From an uncultured Thermoplasmata archaeon (GTDB taxonomy: Archaea; Thermoplasmatota; Thermoplasmata; Halarchaeoplasmatales; Halarchaeoplasmataceae): 64,000 bases of DNA. The notes below the pieces were generated by a model, which did no database searches, was not told the DNA's origin, and saw only the letters and a list, made by a program, of their open reading frames with translations. A program made the position numbers and the translations under genes. Location of the stretch: assembly GCA_964585175.1 (NCBI GenBank), contig CAZPCW010000001.1, positions 12,314 to 76,313 of the forward strand, in the 5' to 3' direction. Positions 1 to 9,728 of the stretch are shown here, in pieces. Each line of letters opens with the position of its first letter. Position 1 is the stretch's first letter.

Positions 1-2369
1 CGGTATCTTTCATCCATCTCCGGCCAGTTGCATGTAAAGATACTATTTTCTTCTTCGTTCATATCTTGGTAAATTTTTTCACCGATATAAGGAGCAGACG
101 GGAATATCAATTTAGAGACTATATTTAAGCTCCTGTAGAAGACTTTTAAAATAGTCGATATATTTTCCTTGTCCTCATTTATTCTGGCTTTAGCTAAGCT
201 AAAATACCACTGGGCAAAGTCATCCAAGATGAATTCCTCTAATTCCTCTTCGGTATTATCGATTCTCCCGTTTTCATAGTGTTCTACCAATGTTTTTTTA
301 GTAGTTTCTAATTTCGACAATAACCACATATCTTCAATTTCTAGTTTTTCTAACTCAATCTCAGAGTCTAACTCTTTAGGTTTGATTTCGGTATCTTCAA
401 TTTGATCTTCAAAAAATTTGTAAAGGTTCCATAACACTCTTATCATTGGATGGGGCTCTTGGAGTTGTTCTCCCTCTATTCTCCTGTTATCACATAAATT
501 TGAATCAGATAAAAGATGTAATCTGAGAGTATCGTGACCCTGATTATCGACTAGCCCCTTCACATTTTTGTAATCTATCCCGCTAATCACCGTTCCCCTG
601 AATAATATCTTTTCAACACTAGTTTCTTCGAAAAGAGATAAAGATAAAGCTAAGTTAGCGGATATCAAACTATTTTTTTCGGGTTTTTCACCGATTAAAA
701 CTTTTCCCGGCCACCATGAGTGATAGCCATCCTCTTCCTGTGGATATCCCATCTGGGCCCAAGGAGAGACAGCTTGGAGGAACAAAGGACTTATCACCTT
801 GTGTTCACGATCCATCTCTTTTCCACATTCTGGACAATTCACTTCTATATCGTTGAGAACATTTGGGGTCACAGCCACTTCTATCTTATCCTCCATATTA
901 TCATCTTCTAGATCAAAATTTGATTTTTCACTTAAAGCTTCTCTATCTGAAGGAATAAGTGATTCTCCGCACTCACAAATCCAGAAGGGAAAAGAAACGC
1001 CCCAATTATTATCTCTAGTTATGATCCAATCATTCAATTTTAGTTCTTCATCAGACGGGAAAGTCTGGACTTTATCATTTAGATCCTCTTCCATATGTTC
1101 TTTGATCTCTTCGCCCTCTAAAAACCATTCTTTGTGAATGTGTTTAGTCATCTTACTTCTACAGGCGTCGCAGATCTCTATTTTTCTTTTTTCACGATCT
1201 TCCCAAAACAACAGTTCCTCAGATTTTAGATCGTCCAATATGACGTCTTCGTTCTGAAGAGCCGATAAACCAGAATATTTATTTTTTCTTGGACCTTTAT
1301 CAAAATATCCATTCTCTTTGATCGGGTCGTAAATATTCATATCTTTTTCTTCGGCCAATTCCCAGTGTTTCTCATCATATGCAGGGGTAAAAAATTCTAT
1401 CCCGCTTCCATTAACCTCTACACTTTCTGAAGTTATCACCTTTCTTTTGTTATCGCATTCAACTTCTCGCTTTTCAGGAATCTTTTTTCCTAACGGGTAT
1501 CTATAAGAGAGACCTTCTAACTGTTCACCTTTTACAGTCTTTAATATTTCATAACTTTTCCTTCCGGACTTTTCCATGATCTCTTCCACTTTTTCTCGCT
1601 GGACAACGAATTGCTCAATCTTTTTGTCCTCGCTAGTGGACTTTACTATAGAATAGTTACTTTCCTTATCTACCAATAAAGATAAACTGCTCGGGATTTT
1701 CCATATTTCGTTAATTTCCACTAAAAAATATCTCTCTTTTCCGCTTGCAAGAGGGATTTTAATTATTGCACTATTCTTTTGCTCTTCTCTTGTGGAGATT
1801 TCTGTAGAGGTGACTGGTATTTTACAATCGGGACACCATTTGACTGGTTTTTCCTTCTTTGTCAACAAATCTTTTTCCATCAATTCACTGATACTCCACC
1901 AAACGGAATCTATAAATTTACCGTAAATAGTTTTGTAGTCGAATTCGGATTTTGTCCATATCCCAAGTTGCTGAAGATGTTCTTCTGTGTCTTTCTCGAA
2001 CTCTTCAGCCATCTCTGACATGCTTTCAAAAATTTCATCTTCACTATCTATGGATGTTTTCAAACATTTTCGTCCTTTCTCCTTCAAAGCTAATTTTTCT
2101 ATCCTTAAACTCAACGGATCGAAACCAATACCGTTCCTTACATTAAATCCATGCATCCCCTTAAAACGAGCCCACACGTCATAGATGATATTTTCAAATA
2201 AATCATCCCAGCTGAACTCATCTTTAATTTGAAATGGAGGTCTTACCAAGTAGTAATTCCTACCGCCCTTCCTCGCCTCGCTTAATTCCTCATTGATATT
2301 TTTGGATTGCCAAAACTGAAGAATTTCCTCTTCCATCTCCTCAGGATTCAAATCATAGATATTTCCCAT
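1..2369 (-). CDS. Class Ia aminoacyl-tRNA synthetase of the isoleucyl-tRNA synthetase family, N-terminal about 790 aa (C-terminus lies beyond the window start); HIGH and KMSKS catalytic motifs are degenerate
   Basis: Hand translation of the minus strand from the ATG at 2367-2369: MGNIYDLNPEEMEEEILQFWQSKNINEEL...YYLVRPPFQIKDEFSWDDLFENIIYDVWARFKGMHGFNVRNGIGFDPLSLRIE. This is co-linear with the IleRS block PPxANGxxHIGHAL...ILKDII..R...M.G....GWDxHGLPIE, but HIGH is replaced by FSWD. Downstream come QLGIWTKSEFDYKTIYGKFIDSVWWSISELMEKDLL and KWCPDCKIP (the IleRS-type zinc knuckle). Around nt 480-600 I read ...FRGTVISGIDYKNVKGLVDNQGHDTLRLHLL where IleRS has HGF..DEKGRKMSKSLGNVVDP..GADALRL. The frame stays open to nt 1. 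It is absent from the ORF track because it runs off the window edge. Confidence 0.7.
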   Translation of the reverse strand, partial: MGNIYDLNPEEMEEEILQFWQSKNINEELSEARKGGRNYYLVRPPFQIKDEFSWDDLFENIIYDVWARFKGMHGFNVRNGIGFDPLSLRIEKLALKEKGRKCLKTSIDSEDEIFESMSEMAEEFEKDTEEHLQQLGIWTKSEFDYKTIYGKFIDSVWWSISELMEKDLLTKKEKPVKWCPDCKIPVTSTEISTREEQKNSAIIKIPLASGKERYFLVEINEIWKIPSSLSLLVDKESNYSIVKSTSEDKKIEQFVVQREKVEEIMEKSGRKSYEILKTVKGEQLEGLSYRYPLGKKIPEKREVECDNKRKVITSESVEVNGSGIEFFTPAYDEKHWELAEEKDMNIYDPIKENGYFDKGPRKNKYSGLSALQNEDVILDDLKSEELLFWEDREKRKIEICDACRSKMTKHIHKEWFLEGEEIKEHMEEDLNDKVQTFPSDEELKLNDWIITRDNNWGVSFPFWICECGESLIPSDREALSEKSNFDLEDDNMEDKIEVAVTPNVLNDIEVNCPECGKEMDREHKVISPLFLQAVSPWAQMGYPQEEDGYHSWWPGKVLIGEKPEKNSLISANLALSLSLFEETSVEKILFRGTVISGIDYKNVKGLVDNQGHDTLRLHLLSDSNLCDNRRIEGEQLQEPHPMIRVLWNLYKFFEDQIEDTEIKPKELDSEIELEKLEIEDMWLLSKLETTKKTLVEHYENGRIDNTEEELEEFILDDFAQWYFSLAKARINEDKENISTILKVFYRSLNIVSKLIFPSAPYIGEKIYQDMNEEENSIFTCNWPEMDERY

Positions 2370-2479
2370 ACTATCTTACATACATATCGTTCTTCTATAT
2401 TAAATTAATTTCCATCTTTCACGGCGAGAAATACTTTATAAGGATTGATAACCTTAAATATAAAAGGGAGTTCGGTGAT

Positions 2480-3418
2480 ATGAAACTAGATCAAATGCCA
2501 AAAGAGCTAAAAGAAAAAACCAGTCCCGATCATCTTTCAAAAAATGACCATGGTCCTAAGAGAGGAGATATACTAAAAAGACTAAAAAAAGAAATTAACA
2601 GTTTAAGAAATAAAGATCAGTCTAAGAAAAGCGAGGGTATAACGAAATATGAATACTATCCTGGAGAATTTAGAGAAGACCTGCAGAGAGTCAAATCGGT
2701 TCTAGAAGATATTTCTGATGAAAGAATAGATACTGATAACTTAGAAAAAAAGGTAGAACAAGTTCTTTCCCTTAAAGAAGATGGAAAGTACAAGAGAGCG
2801 ATACACTTAATCCATGAGCAAGTTCTAGATGTGGAGGTGATCGAAGATTTAGAAAGAGTTTTGAAAAAGACCGGTCACCTTGGAGAGAATGAACTCGATG
2901 ACGAGGAAGAAAAAAAATGGTATAAAAAGGTAAAAAAGATAAGAAAGAACTGTGAAAACGGCGAATATTTGAAGGCCTTAAACATCGCCGAAAGTTTGAA
3001 TGGTCTCAAAAGCAGAAGAACTGCCGGGAAAAGAGAAAAAACTTTTGAAAACAAGTTGGAAAGAGCGAGGAAGAAATTGAGAGTATCAAGATTTTCAGAT
3101 GTTGATCTTAAGGAGATAAAGGTACACATCAAGAAGGGCGTGGAAGCAGCAAAAAGAGGCAAGACAAAGAAGGCGATAGAAAACCTGGATAGAGGCATCG
3201 ACAAACTAGATGACGTGTTCTTATTCTCTTTAAAATTGGAAAAAGCCGAAACTGAACTCAAAGACTCCGATCTTTCTAAAGAGGCAAAAAGAAGATATGA
3301 GAAGAGATTGGATGATCTTCAAAACATGGGGAAAAGAGGTAACTTTGACAAAGCTTCTTCGAAAATAGATGATTTGATCTCTGAACTATCTAGAAAAGAA
3401 AAAGCCAAAAGTGGTTAA
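2480..3418 (+). CDS. Hypothetical Lys/Glu-rich coiled-coil protein
   Basis: 312-aa ORF with strongly charged composition (KELKEK, KKEINSLRNKDQSKK, LEKAETELKD) and no recognisable catalytic motif. It is divergent from the IleRS-like gene. Confidence 0.4.
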   Translation: MKLDQMPKELKEKTSPDHLSKNDHGPKRGDILKRLKKEINSLRNKDQSKKSEGITKYEYYPGEFREDLQRVKSVLEDISDERIDTDNLEKKVEQVLSLKEDGKYKRAIHLIHEQVLDVEVIEDLERVLKKTGHLGENELDDEEEKKWYKKVKKIRKNCENGEYLKALNIAESLNGLKSRRTAGKREKTFENKLERARKKLRVSRFSDVDLKEIKVHIKKGVEAAKRGKTKKAIENLDRGIDKLDDVFLFSLKLEKAETELKDSDLSKEAKRRYEKRLDDLQNMGKRGNFDKASSKIDDLISELSRKEKAKSG

Positions 3419-3444
3419 AGGATTTTCTATTATATCCACCCATA

Positions 3445-4803
3445 TCATGAACTATGGACGCTTTCACCTGAAACGTTTTCTGCGGCTTCCTTGATCGCTT
3501 CTGAATACGTTGGATGCGGATGGATCATCTCGCCCAGCTCATCTGCTTTCATATCTTTTTCCATAGCCGCAGAACACTCCATTATTATGTCGGTAGCGCC
3601 GGGACAGGCGAGATGAGCTCCCAATATATTATTTTCCGAATCGGACACTATCTTCGCAAACCCCATCCTTTTGCCCGTTGAAGAACCTCTTCCCGTAGCG
3701 GATATGGGGAACTTACCAACCCTAATCTCTCCTTTTTCGTTTTCAGCTTCTTCTTCCGTTAAGCCTATACTAGCCATTTCAGGATGGGTATATATCCCAG
3801 CTGGTATGTATGACCCGGAGAAACCTCTCGTTTCTTCGTCTAACATATCCTTTACGGCTATATCAGCCTGTTTAAAGGCAGCGTGAGCTAGCATCGCCTT
3901 TCCATTAACATCTCCAATAGCATAGACTCCGTCAACATTAGTTTCCATCTTATCGTTGACTTCGATCTCTCCATTTTTCCCGATTATATTTACTTCACAA
4001 TCCGGAGGAGTCGGTTTTCTACCTACAGCGCATAATACTTTTTCGACTTCAACTTCTTTTTCAGTTTCGCCCTCGATCTGGACTTTTACCGGATCTTTCC
4101 TCTCTACATCGGTCACTTTCGACCCAGTGTGGAATTTTATCCTTTTACGTTTCATCATCTTTTCAGCAGTTTCGCTCAAATCTTCATCCATATTAGGTAA
4201 CAATCTATCGAGTAATTCAACTATTATAACTTCAGACCCTAAAGAAGAGTAGGTATATGCCATCTCCAATCCTATATAACCTCCTCCAATTATCAAGAGA
4301 GAATCGGGAATTTCCTCAAGCGAAAGAGCCCCCTTACTTGAAATTACCGAGTTTCCATCGATTTTTATATCTGGAAGAGATATAGGTTCTGAACCCGTAG
4401 CTATGATCATATTGTCGGACTCTATAATCTCATCATCTACTTTAACTTCGTTTGAACTTATTACTTCTGCTTCCCCTTTAATGACTTCGATATCGTGTTT
4501 CTCGAATAGATTTTTTATAGCTTTTCTAGACATCTTTACAGCTCTTTCTTTTTTAGACATCACTTTTTCAAAATCGACTCCGTTAAATTCAGCTTTGATA
4601 CCTTCCCTTTTCGCGCCTTTTATGTTTTCGATTGTTCCTGCCGTAGAGAGCATAGCTTTTGAAGGTATACATCCATGGTTAGTACAGACCCCTCCGATCA
4701 CGTCTTCCTCAATCACTTTGACATCCATACCTCTTTTTGAAGCCAAAATAGACGCCACATATCCTCCCGGTCCAGTTCCTATAACAGTCAAACTCTTTCC
4801 CAT
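3445..4803 (-). CDS. lpdA: Dihydrolipoyl dehydrogenase (E3, pyridine nucleotide-disulfide oxidoreductase)
   Basis: Redox-active disulfide motif GGVCTNHGCIPSK, FAD/NAD Rossmann signatures (VIGTGPGGY, IIGGGYIGLE) and the C-terminal dimerisation motif THPEMASIGLTEEEA. The likely true start is the internal Met of MGKSLTVIG at 4801-4803, with a TATA-like TATATAAATAT about 30 nt upstream. The ORF-track start at 4860 is probably over-extended. Confidence 0.8.
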   Translation of the reverse strand: MGKSLTVIGTGPGGYVASILASKRGMDVKVIEEDVIGGVCTNHGCIPSKAMLSTAGTIENIKGAKREGIKAEFNGVDFEKVMSKKERAVKMSRKAIKNLFEKHDIEVIKGEAEVISSNEVKVDDEIIESDNMIIATGSEPISLPDIKIDGNSVISSKGALSLEEIPDSLLIIGGGYIGLEMAYTYSSLGSEVIIVELLDRLLPNMDEDLSETAEKMMKRKRIKFHTGSKVTDVERKDPVKVQIEGETEKEVEVEKVLCAVGRKPTPPDCEVNIIGKNGEIEVNDKMETNVDGVYAIGDVNGKAMLAHAAFKQADIAVKDMLDEETRGFSGSYIPAGIYTHPEMASIGLTEEEAENEKGEIRVGKFPISATGRGSSTGKRMGFAKIVSDSENNILGAHLACPGATDIIMECSAAMEKDMKADELGEMIHPHPTYSEAIKEAAENVSGESVHSS

Positions 4804-4957
4804 GATATCGGTTATACAATCTCTGTTTCGATATTTATATAGTTTGGTTTGCTTATTCAAAATTCATTTAGTGCCAAGACCAATCTATAATCCATAAATA
4901 TTAATAATAGTTCGTTAATTACAGATGCGATAAGAGTTTATATGAGGCGATGAAACT

Positions 4958-6052
4958 ATGGAATCATTGGTGGATGATGCTCTTTCTAGCGACGAAGAAG
5001 AATTAGAAGATGAAACATACCAAGATGCTGAAACTGACGAGGAACTCAAAGAGGTACTTGAGTCTCTGAGGACAAAGATTTACATCACCGGATTAGGAGG
5101 TGCCGGATGTAACACGATCAATCGTATCTCTGAAGAGGGCATACACGGTGCGGAGCTTATCGCTGGTAATACCGACGCTCAGGACCTTTTGACTGTCAGG
5201 GCGAACCGTAAAGTTCTGATGGGCAAAAACTTGACAAAAGGTCTGGGAGCAGGTGCAAAACCCGAGGTCGGAGAAAAGGCGGCGAAAGAAGCTAAAGAAA
5301 AATATGAAAACATCCTGGAAGACTCAGATATTTGTTTTTTGACCTGCGGCTTAGGAGGAGGAACCGGCACAGGTTCCGTTGGAACGGTCGCTAGAGTAGC
5401 TAAGGACGCGGGAGCATTGACCATAGCCGTTTTGACCAAACCTTTCGAAGCTGAAGGCAAATCTAGGATGAAAAATGCCAAATGGGGAATCAAAAGAGTT
5501 CGAGACATAGCCGATACGGTCATAGTTATACCCAATGATAAACTATTAGAACTCGTTCCGAGACTCCCTCTCAACAAGGCCTTCAAAGTGGCCGACGAAG
5601 TGTTGATGAGAGCGATCAAGGGCATGACGGAAATAATCACTAAACCAGGTCTGGTGAACTTGGATTACAACGATCTCAAGACAATAATGGAAGGAGCCGG
5701 TCAGGCGATGATCGGTATGGGAGAATCTTCCGCAGGCGGCGATAAAAGGGCCGAAGAAGCCATAGAAGAAGCTATCAACTCTCCTCTCTTAGATGTAGAT
5801 ATATCCGGTGCTTCAGGTGTTTTAATCAATGTTACGGGTCCCGAAGATATGAGTGTTCACGAAGCTGAAATGGTTGCTGAAAGTGTTGAACAAAAAGCTG
5901 GAGAAGGAGCAAACATAATTTGGGGATGTAGTGTGGATCCCACTCTGGAAGATCAGTTAAAAGTGATGATCGTAGCTACCGGAGTCGAATCAGAACAGAT
6001 ATTAAGTGCAAGTAGTTCGTCTAAGACCAAAGATATCGAAGAAGTAGCTTAA
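4958..6052 (+). CDS. ftsZ: Cell division GTPase FtsZ (tubulin superfamily) with an acidic N-terminal extension
   Basis: Tubulin signature GLGGGTGTGS, GLGGAGCNTINRI, NTDAQ, VIVIPNDKLLELV and NLDYNDLKTIMEGAGQAMIGMGE. These are typical of FtsZ rather than CetZ. Confidence 0.8.
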   Translation: MESLVDDALSSDEEELEDETYQDAETDEELKEVLESLRTKIYITGLGGAGCNTINRISEEGIHGAELIAGNTDAQDLLTVRANRKVLMGKNLTKGLGAGAKPEVGEKAAKEAKEKYENILEDSDICFLTCGLGGGTGTGSVGTVARVAKDAGALTIAVLTKPFEAEGKSRMKNAKWGIKRVRDIADTVIVIPNDKLLELVPRLPLNKAFKVADEVLMRAIKGMTEIITKPGLVNLDYNDLKTIMEGAGQAMIGMGESSAGGDKRAEEAIEEAINSPLLDVDISGASGVLINVTGPEDMSVHEAEMVAESVEQKAGEGANIIWGCSVDPTLEDQLKVMIVATGVESEQILSASSSSKTKDIEEVA

Positions 6053-6064
6053 TTAAAAATCTCT

Positions 6065-6925
6065 CTAATATTTTTTATTTATTTTTTCTCTAGCTCCGAT
6101 TAACTCGTAGATGAATCTAGCGGCTAGGTTTGATGTTATATCGCTTTCATCATATTTTGGAGATACTTCAACCACATCCATACCGACTAGATCTCCCGAT
6201 AAATTCTTTATGATCTCTTTAACATCTAATGATGAAAGACCAAACGGTTCGGGATTTCCAACACCTGGTGCATAAGAAGGATCTAAAACATCCATATCTA
6301 TAGATAGATATATAGGGGAACTTAGACTATCGGTTATTTTATCAAGGGTTTGATTAACACTTTCGATATCTCTTGAGTTTACATAAAGAGGCATTTCTAC
6401 ATCGAAAGACTGCGACGATATCGATCTTACTCCCAAGACAGCCAAGTTACTTGTACCAACTAATTCAGATATCCTTCTATTTACGGTGGCATGACTGTGC
6501 TCCAACCCTTCATATCTATCTCTAAAGTCAAGATGAGCATCTAGTGTTAAGACATTTAGGTCAGAATATTGATCTTTTAACGCCTCGACTGCGATGGGAG
6601 AAATAGAATGTTCTCCGCCTAGAATTATTGGAAATTTTTTCTTTTCAACTCTACTTGATATAAATTGAATCAGCTCTTTTTTGAGAGATTCAAAATCACC
6701 TGTATTTTCTATATCTCCAGCGTCGTGCAGTTCCAATCTATCTAAAGACACTGAGTGTTCTTCAATATATGGCTCGAAGCAATACGATGATTCTCTGATT
6801 TTAGAGGGAGCATGTTTGCTCCCAGTACGAAAAGAAGAGGTTTTATCGTAGGGAGCTCCTACTAGAACGTAATCTGCCTCATCTAAACTAGAATCGAAAC
6901 TGGCAAAATTTAGATCCCGTTTCAT
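6065..6925 (-). CDS. speB: Agmatinase (arginase/ureohydrolase family)
   Basis: Mn-binding ureohydrolase motifs ILGGEHSIS, DAHLDFRD and SIDMDVLDPSYAPGVGNPEPFG. It overlaps the upstream aIF5A gene by 4 nt (ATGA), so the two are co-transcribed. Confidence 0.75.
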   Translation of the reverse strand: MKRDLNFASFDSSLDEADYVLVGAPYDKTSSFRTGSKHAPSKIRESSYCFEPYIEEHSVSLDRLELHDAGDIENTGDFESLKKELIQFISSRVEKKKFPIILGGEHSISPIAVEALKDQYSDLNVLTLDAHLDFRDRYEGLEHSHATVNRRISELVGTSNLAVLGVRSISSQSFDVEMPLYVNSRDIESVNQTLDKITDSLSSPIYLSIDMDVLDPSYAPGVGNPEPFGLSSLDVKEIIKNLSGDLVGMDVVEVSPKYDESDITSNLAARFIYELIGAREKINKKY

Positions 6926-7317
6926 GTCCTGATGATCTTCTTACTGCCCATGGCTTCAAGATATCTGATATTTTGTCCCTGCTCTATTTCTTCATAGGTT
7001 TCTTGATCCACATTTATCTGGAATGTGTCGTAGGAATCTAGATCCATAACATTGACTTCTCCATCGGACTTATTGACGATCTGTCCTTTTCTTCTGTCTA
7101 TTATAGGGACTCTAACTTTCGTAGTTACCGGGTTCAACATGCTGTGCTTCTTATTATCAAATATACCTTTAGCTTCTATACGGGCTTTAGCTTCTCCATG
7201 TTTTCCAGGCTTGGAAGTATCTATGCTGTTTATCTCACATGGCTCGTCATCGATTATTATATATTGACTTTCCTGTAGATTTCTAATTTCTTCCTGTTCC
7301 CAATCCATAACTATCAC
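6922..7317 (-). CDS. eif5a: Translation initiation factor 5A (aIF-5A)
   Basis: Hypusine-loop motif SKPGKHGEAKARIEAKGIF, 131 aa, and the SH3-like plus OB-fold length typical of aIF5A. Confidence 0.85.
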   Translation of the reverse strand: MIVMDWEQEEIRNLQESQYIIIDDEPCEINSIDTSKPGKHGEAKARIEAKGIFDNKKHSMLNPVTTKVRVPIIDRRKGQIVNKSDGEVNVMDLDSYDTFQINVDQETYEEIEQGQNIRYLEAMGSKKIIRT

Positions 7318-7373
7318 TCCGGATTATAACCTTATCAATTAAAAATATTATGTTTGGCTGAGTGAGGGAGTTT

Positions 7374-9197
7374 TTATATCTTCCCTACACTTTCAGCCAG
7401 TTCCTCCATCTTTTCCAATTTGTCTGATAGAACTCGGATACCTCTTTCCCAGAAATCGGGATCCGTGATATCCACTCCGATCTTTTTCAATAGATCTTTT
7501 GGATCCTCCGAACCACCGGCTTTTAACAACTCGAGGTATTGGGGTACGAACTCATCGCCTTTTTCCTTGTAAATATCGTATAATGCTAGAACGAGCAATT
7601 CACCAAAAGCGTAGGCATAGCAATAGAACGGATAATGGACAAAATGTAGCACGTAGCTCCACCACCAGCCGTATTCATCTCTCAACTCTACTGAATCTCC
7701 GAATTCCTCTCGATTAGCTTCAAGCCAAAGTTCGTTTATCTTTTCACTCCTCAATTCGCCCTCTTCTCTTTGGGCTTGGTGCAATTTCTGTTCGAATCGG
7801 GTCATTATTACCTGTCTGAAAACTGTTGAAAAATCTCGCTGGAGCTTGTTTCCTATCAACAACAATTTGGTCTCTTCGTCCTCGACTTCACTCATCAATT
7901 TATCGAAAAGAAGCATCTCTCCGAAAACACTAGCCATCTCTGCGGTTGTCAGCGGGGTGCTCTGCTGGAGGGCCCCCTGGTCTCGAGCAAGATATTGGTG
8001 TACGCCGTGTCCAAGTTCATGAGCTAAGGTGATCGTATCGCTGGTTTTATCTGAGAAATTCAACATGATGTAGGGATGAACGGATGGAACGGTAGGCGAA
8101 CTGAAAGCTCCGCCTCTTTTACCCTCTTTTATCTCTGCATCTATCCAATCGTTATCGAAGAATTTCTCAACTATATCTTTCATTTCAGGGGAGAATTTTT
8201 CATAGGCGTCTAACACCTTCTCTTGGCTCTCATCAAATGTAGTTTCCGGAACACTTCCTGGGAGTGGGCTATATCGATCATAATCATAGAGAGTATCGAA
8301 ATCTACTAGTTCCTGCTTTAAGTTATAAAATCGCTCGACTATATCCGTATTTTCTTCGACCGTCTCCATCAAAGCGTCCACTGTTTTCCTATCAACTCTA
8401 TTGTTTAGATTTCTAGGAGTCATCGGGTCAGGATAATCCCTGAACTTGCATATTGTCGAATGGTTCTGAACTATATTGTTGAAGATGAAGTTAAGGAGTT
8501 TGTTTTCGTCTTTCAATGATTCCGTTACCGCGTCTGAAGCTGCTTTCCTTTTCTCTCTGTTTTCTTCATAAAGAACTGACAAAGCCTGATCTAAAACCAT
8601 CTCGTACTCTTCTCCTTTCGCTTCGAACTCGACCGTTATATCACCTATCGTCTGATCGAACAATCGTTTGAAAGCCTCTTTACCGGTGTTCTGTAACGAC
8701 TCTATGATCTGTTCTTCATATTCGCTCAGCATATAAGGACTGTATCTTCTCCAATTGTTCAAGTAACTAGAATAGTGTTCGAGTTCCTCGCTATCCATGT
8801 ACCTTTCGGCTTCATCATCATCTAATTCCTGCCATTCGAGTTCAAAAAAGATCAGTTTGTTTTTGACTTCGCTCTGCTTATTTTTTGCTTCTTGAAGCAG
8901 TGCCCCCCTGTCTGGGTCTTGGGTATCCATCGCATGATAAAGTGAAGCATAAGAACTAACCTTTCCTATTTTTTCTTGGATCTCCTCGTATTCCTCCATG
9001 GCCTCTCTGAACTGCTCGGGCGAAAGCTGTGATGTCTCAACTTTCCCTTTGTATTCTTCTCTAAAATCTTCTGCTCTTTCAATAGCTTCTTCTATATCTT
9101 GTTCTAATTCTGGATCATCAGGCCCCTCGTATAGGTCACTTAAATCCCACTCTACACCATCTGCGCTCGTTGATTTTGTTGGGCTCATTAATTTCAC
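7374..9197 (-). CDS. pepF: Oligoendopeptidase F (M3B zinc metallopeptidase)
   Basis: HEXXH zinc site in TLAHELGHGVHQYLA, 607 aa, overall M3B layout. Confidence 0.8.
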   Translation of the reverse strand: MKLMSPTKSTSADGVEWDLSDLYEGPDDPELEQDIEEAIERAEDFREEYKGKVETSQLSPEQFREAMEEYEEIQEKIGKVSSYASLYHAMDTQDPDRGALLQEAKNKQSEVKNKLIFFELEWQELDDDEAERYMDSEELEHYSSYLNNWRRYSPYMLSEYEEQIIESLQNTGKEAFKRLFDQTIGDITVEFEAKGEEYEMVLDQALSVLYEENREKRKAASDAVTESLKDENKLLNFIFNNIVQNHSTICKFRDYPDPMTPRNLNNRVDRKTVDALMETVEENTDIVERFYNLKQELVDFDTLYDYDRYSPLPGSVPETTFDESQEKVLDAYEKFSPEMKDIVEKFFDNDWIDAEIKEGKRGGAFSSPTVPSVHPYIMLNFSDKTSDTITLAHELGHGVHQYLARDQGALQQSTPLTTAEMASVFGEMLLFDKLMSEVEDEETKLLLIGNKLQRDFSTVFRQVIMTRFEQKLHQAQREEGELRSEKINELWLEANREEFGDSVELRDEYGWWWSYVLHFVHYPFYCYAYAFGELLVLALYDIYKEKGDEFVPQYLELLKAGGSEDPKDLLKKIGVDITDPDFWERGIRVLSDKLEKMEELAESVGKI

Positions 9198-9320
9198 AAC
9201 CGGTACGATACATATACATGGTCAAAATAAAGTTTTTTATCTAATTCGAATCAAATCCCGTTATCATCGAGGATAATTAGAAGTGAATATTTATAGTGAT
9301 ATGAAGGGTATTTACCATAG

Positions 9321-9656
9321 ATGATGAGATCAAAAAACACTCACGAAAAAATACGCATACTCCAAAACTCGGTCTCAAAAAAGATATTGAGTGCCTGCTC
9401 AAACGAACCGAAATCTGTAACGGAGATCAGCAAAATTCAGGGTATTCCACTTGCAAAATGTTATCGTATGGTGACTGAACTTGAAGAAAAGGGTTACATC
9501 GAAGTCGCTCAAAAGCTCCTAACAAACGGAAAAGAGGTCTGTCTTTATAAAACTATGATAGATTTGAAATTTATCAGTCATGGTGATGGAAAAGAGACAC
9601 TCAAGGTGGATTTAGAAGATATAAGAGAAAAAGATCATAAACCCTCCACTGGATAA
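9321..9656 (+). CDS. Small winged-helix (ArsR/TrmB-like) transcriptional regulator
   Basis: 111 aa. The HTH-like segment KSVTEISKIQGIPLAKCYRMVTELEEKGYIEV is followed by a beta-wing. Confidence 0.5.
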   Translation: MMRSKNTHEKIRILQNSVSKKILSACSNEPKSVTEISKIQGIPLAKCYRMVTELEEKGYIEVAQKLLTNGKEVCLYKTMIDLKFISHGDGKETLKVDLEDIREKDHKPSTG

Positions 9657-9728
9657 ACATCGATACGGCGTTATCATCTGTGATTTTCGAAACGTATTAT
9701 TTATAATTGAAAGGAGAAATGATAAACC

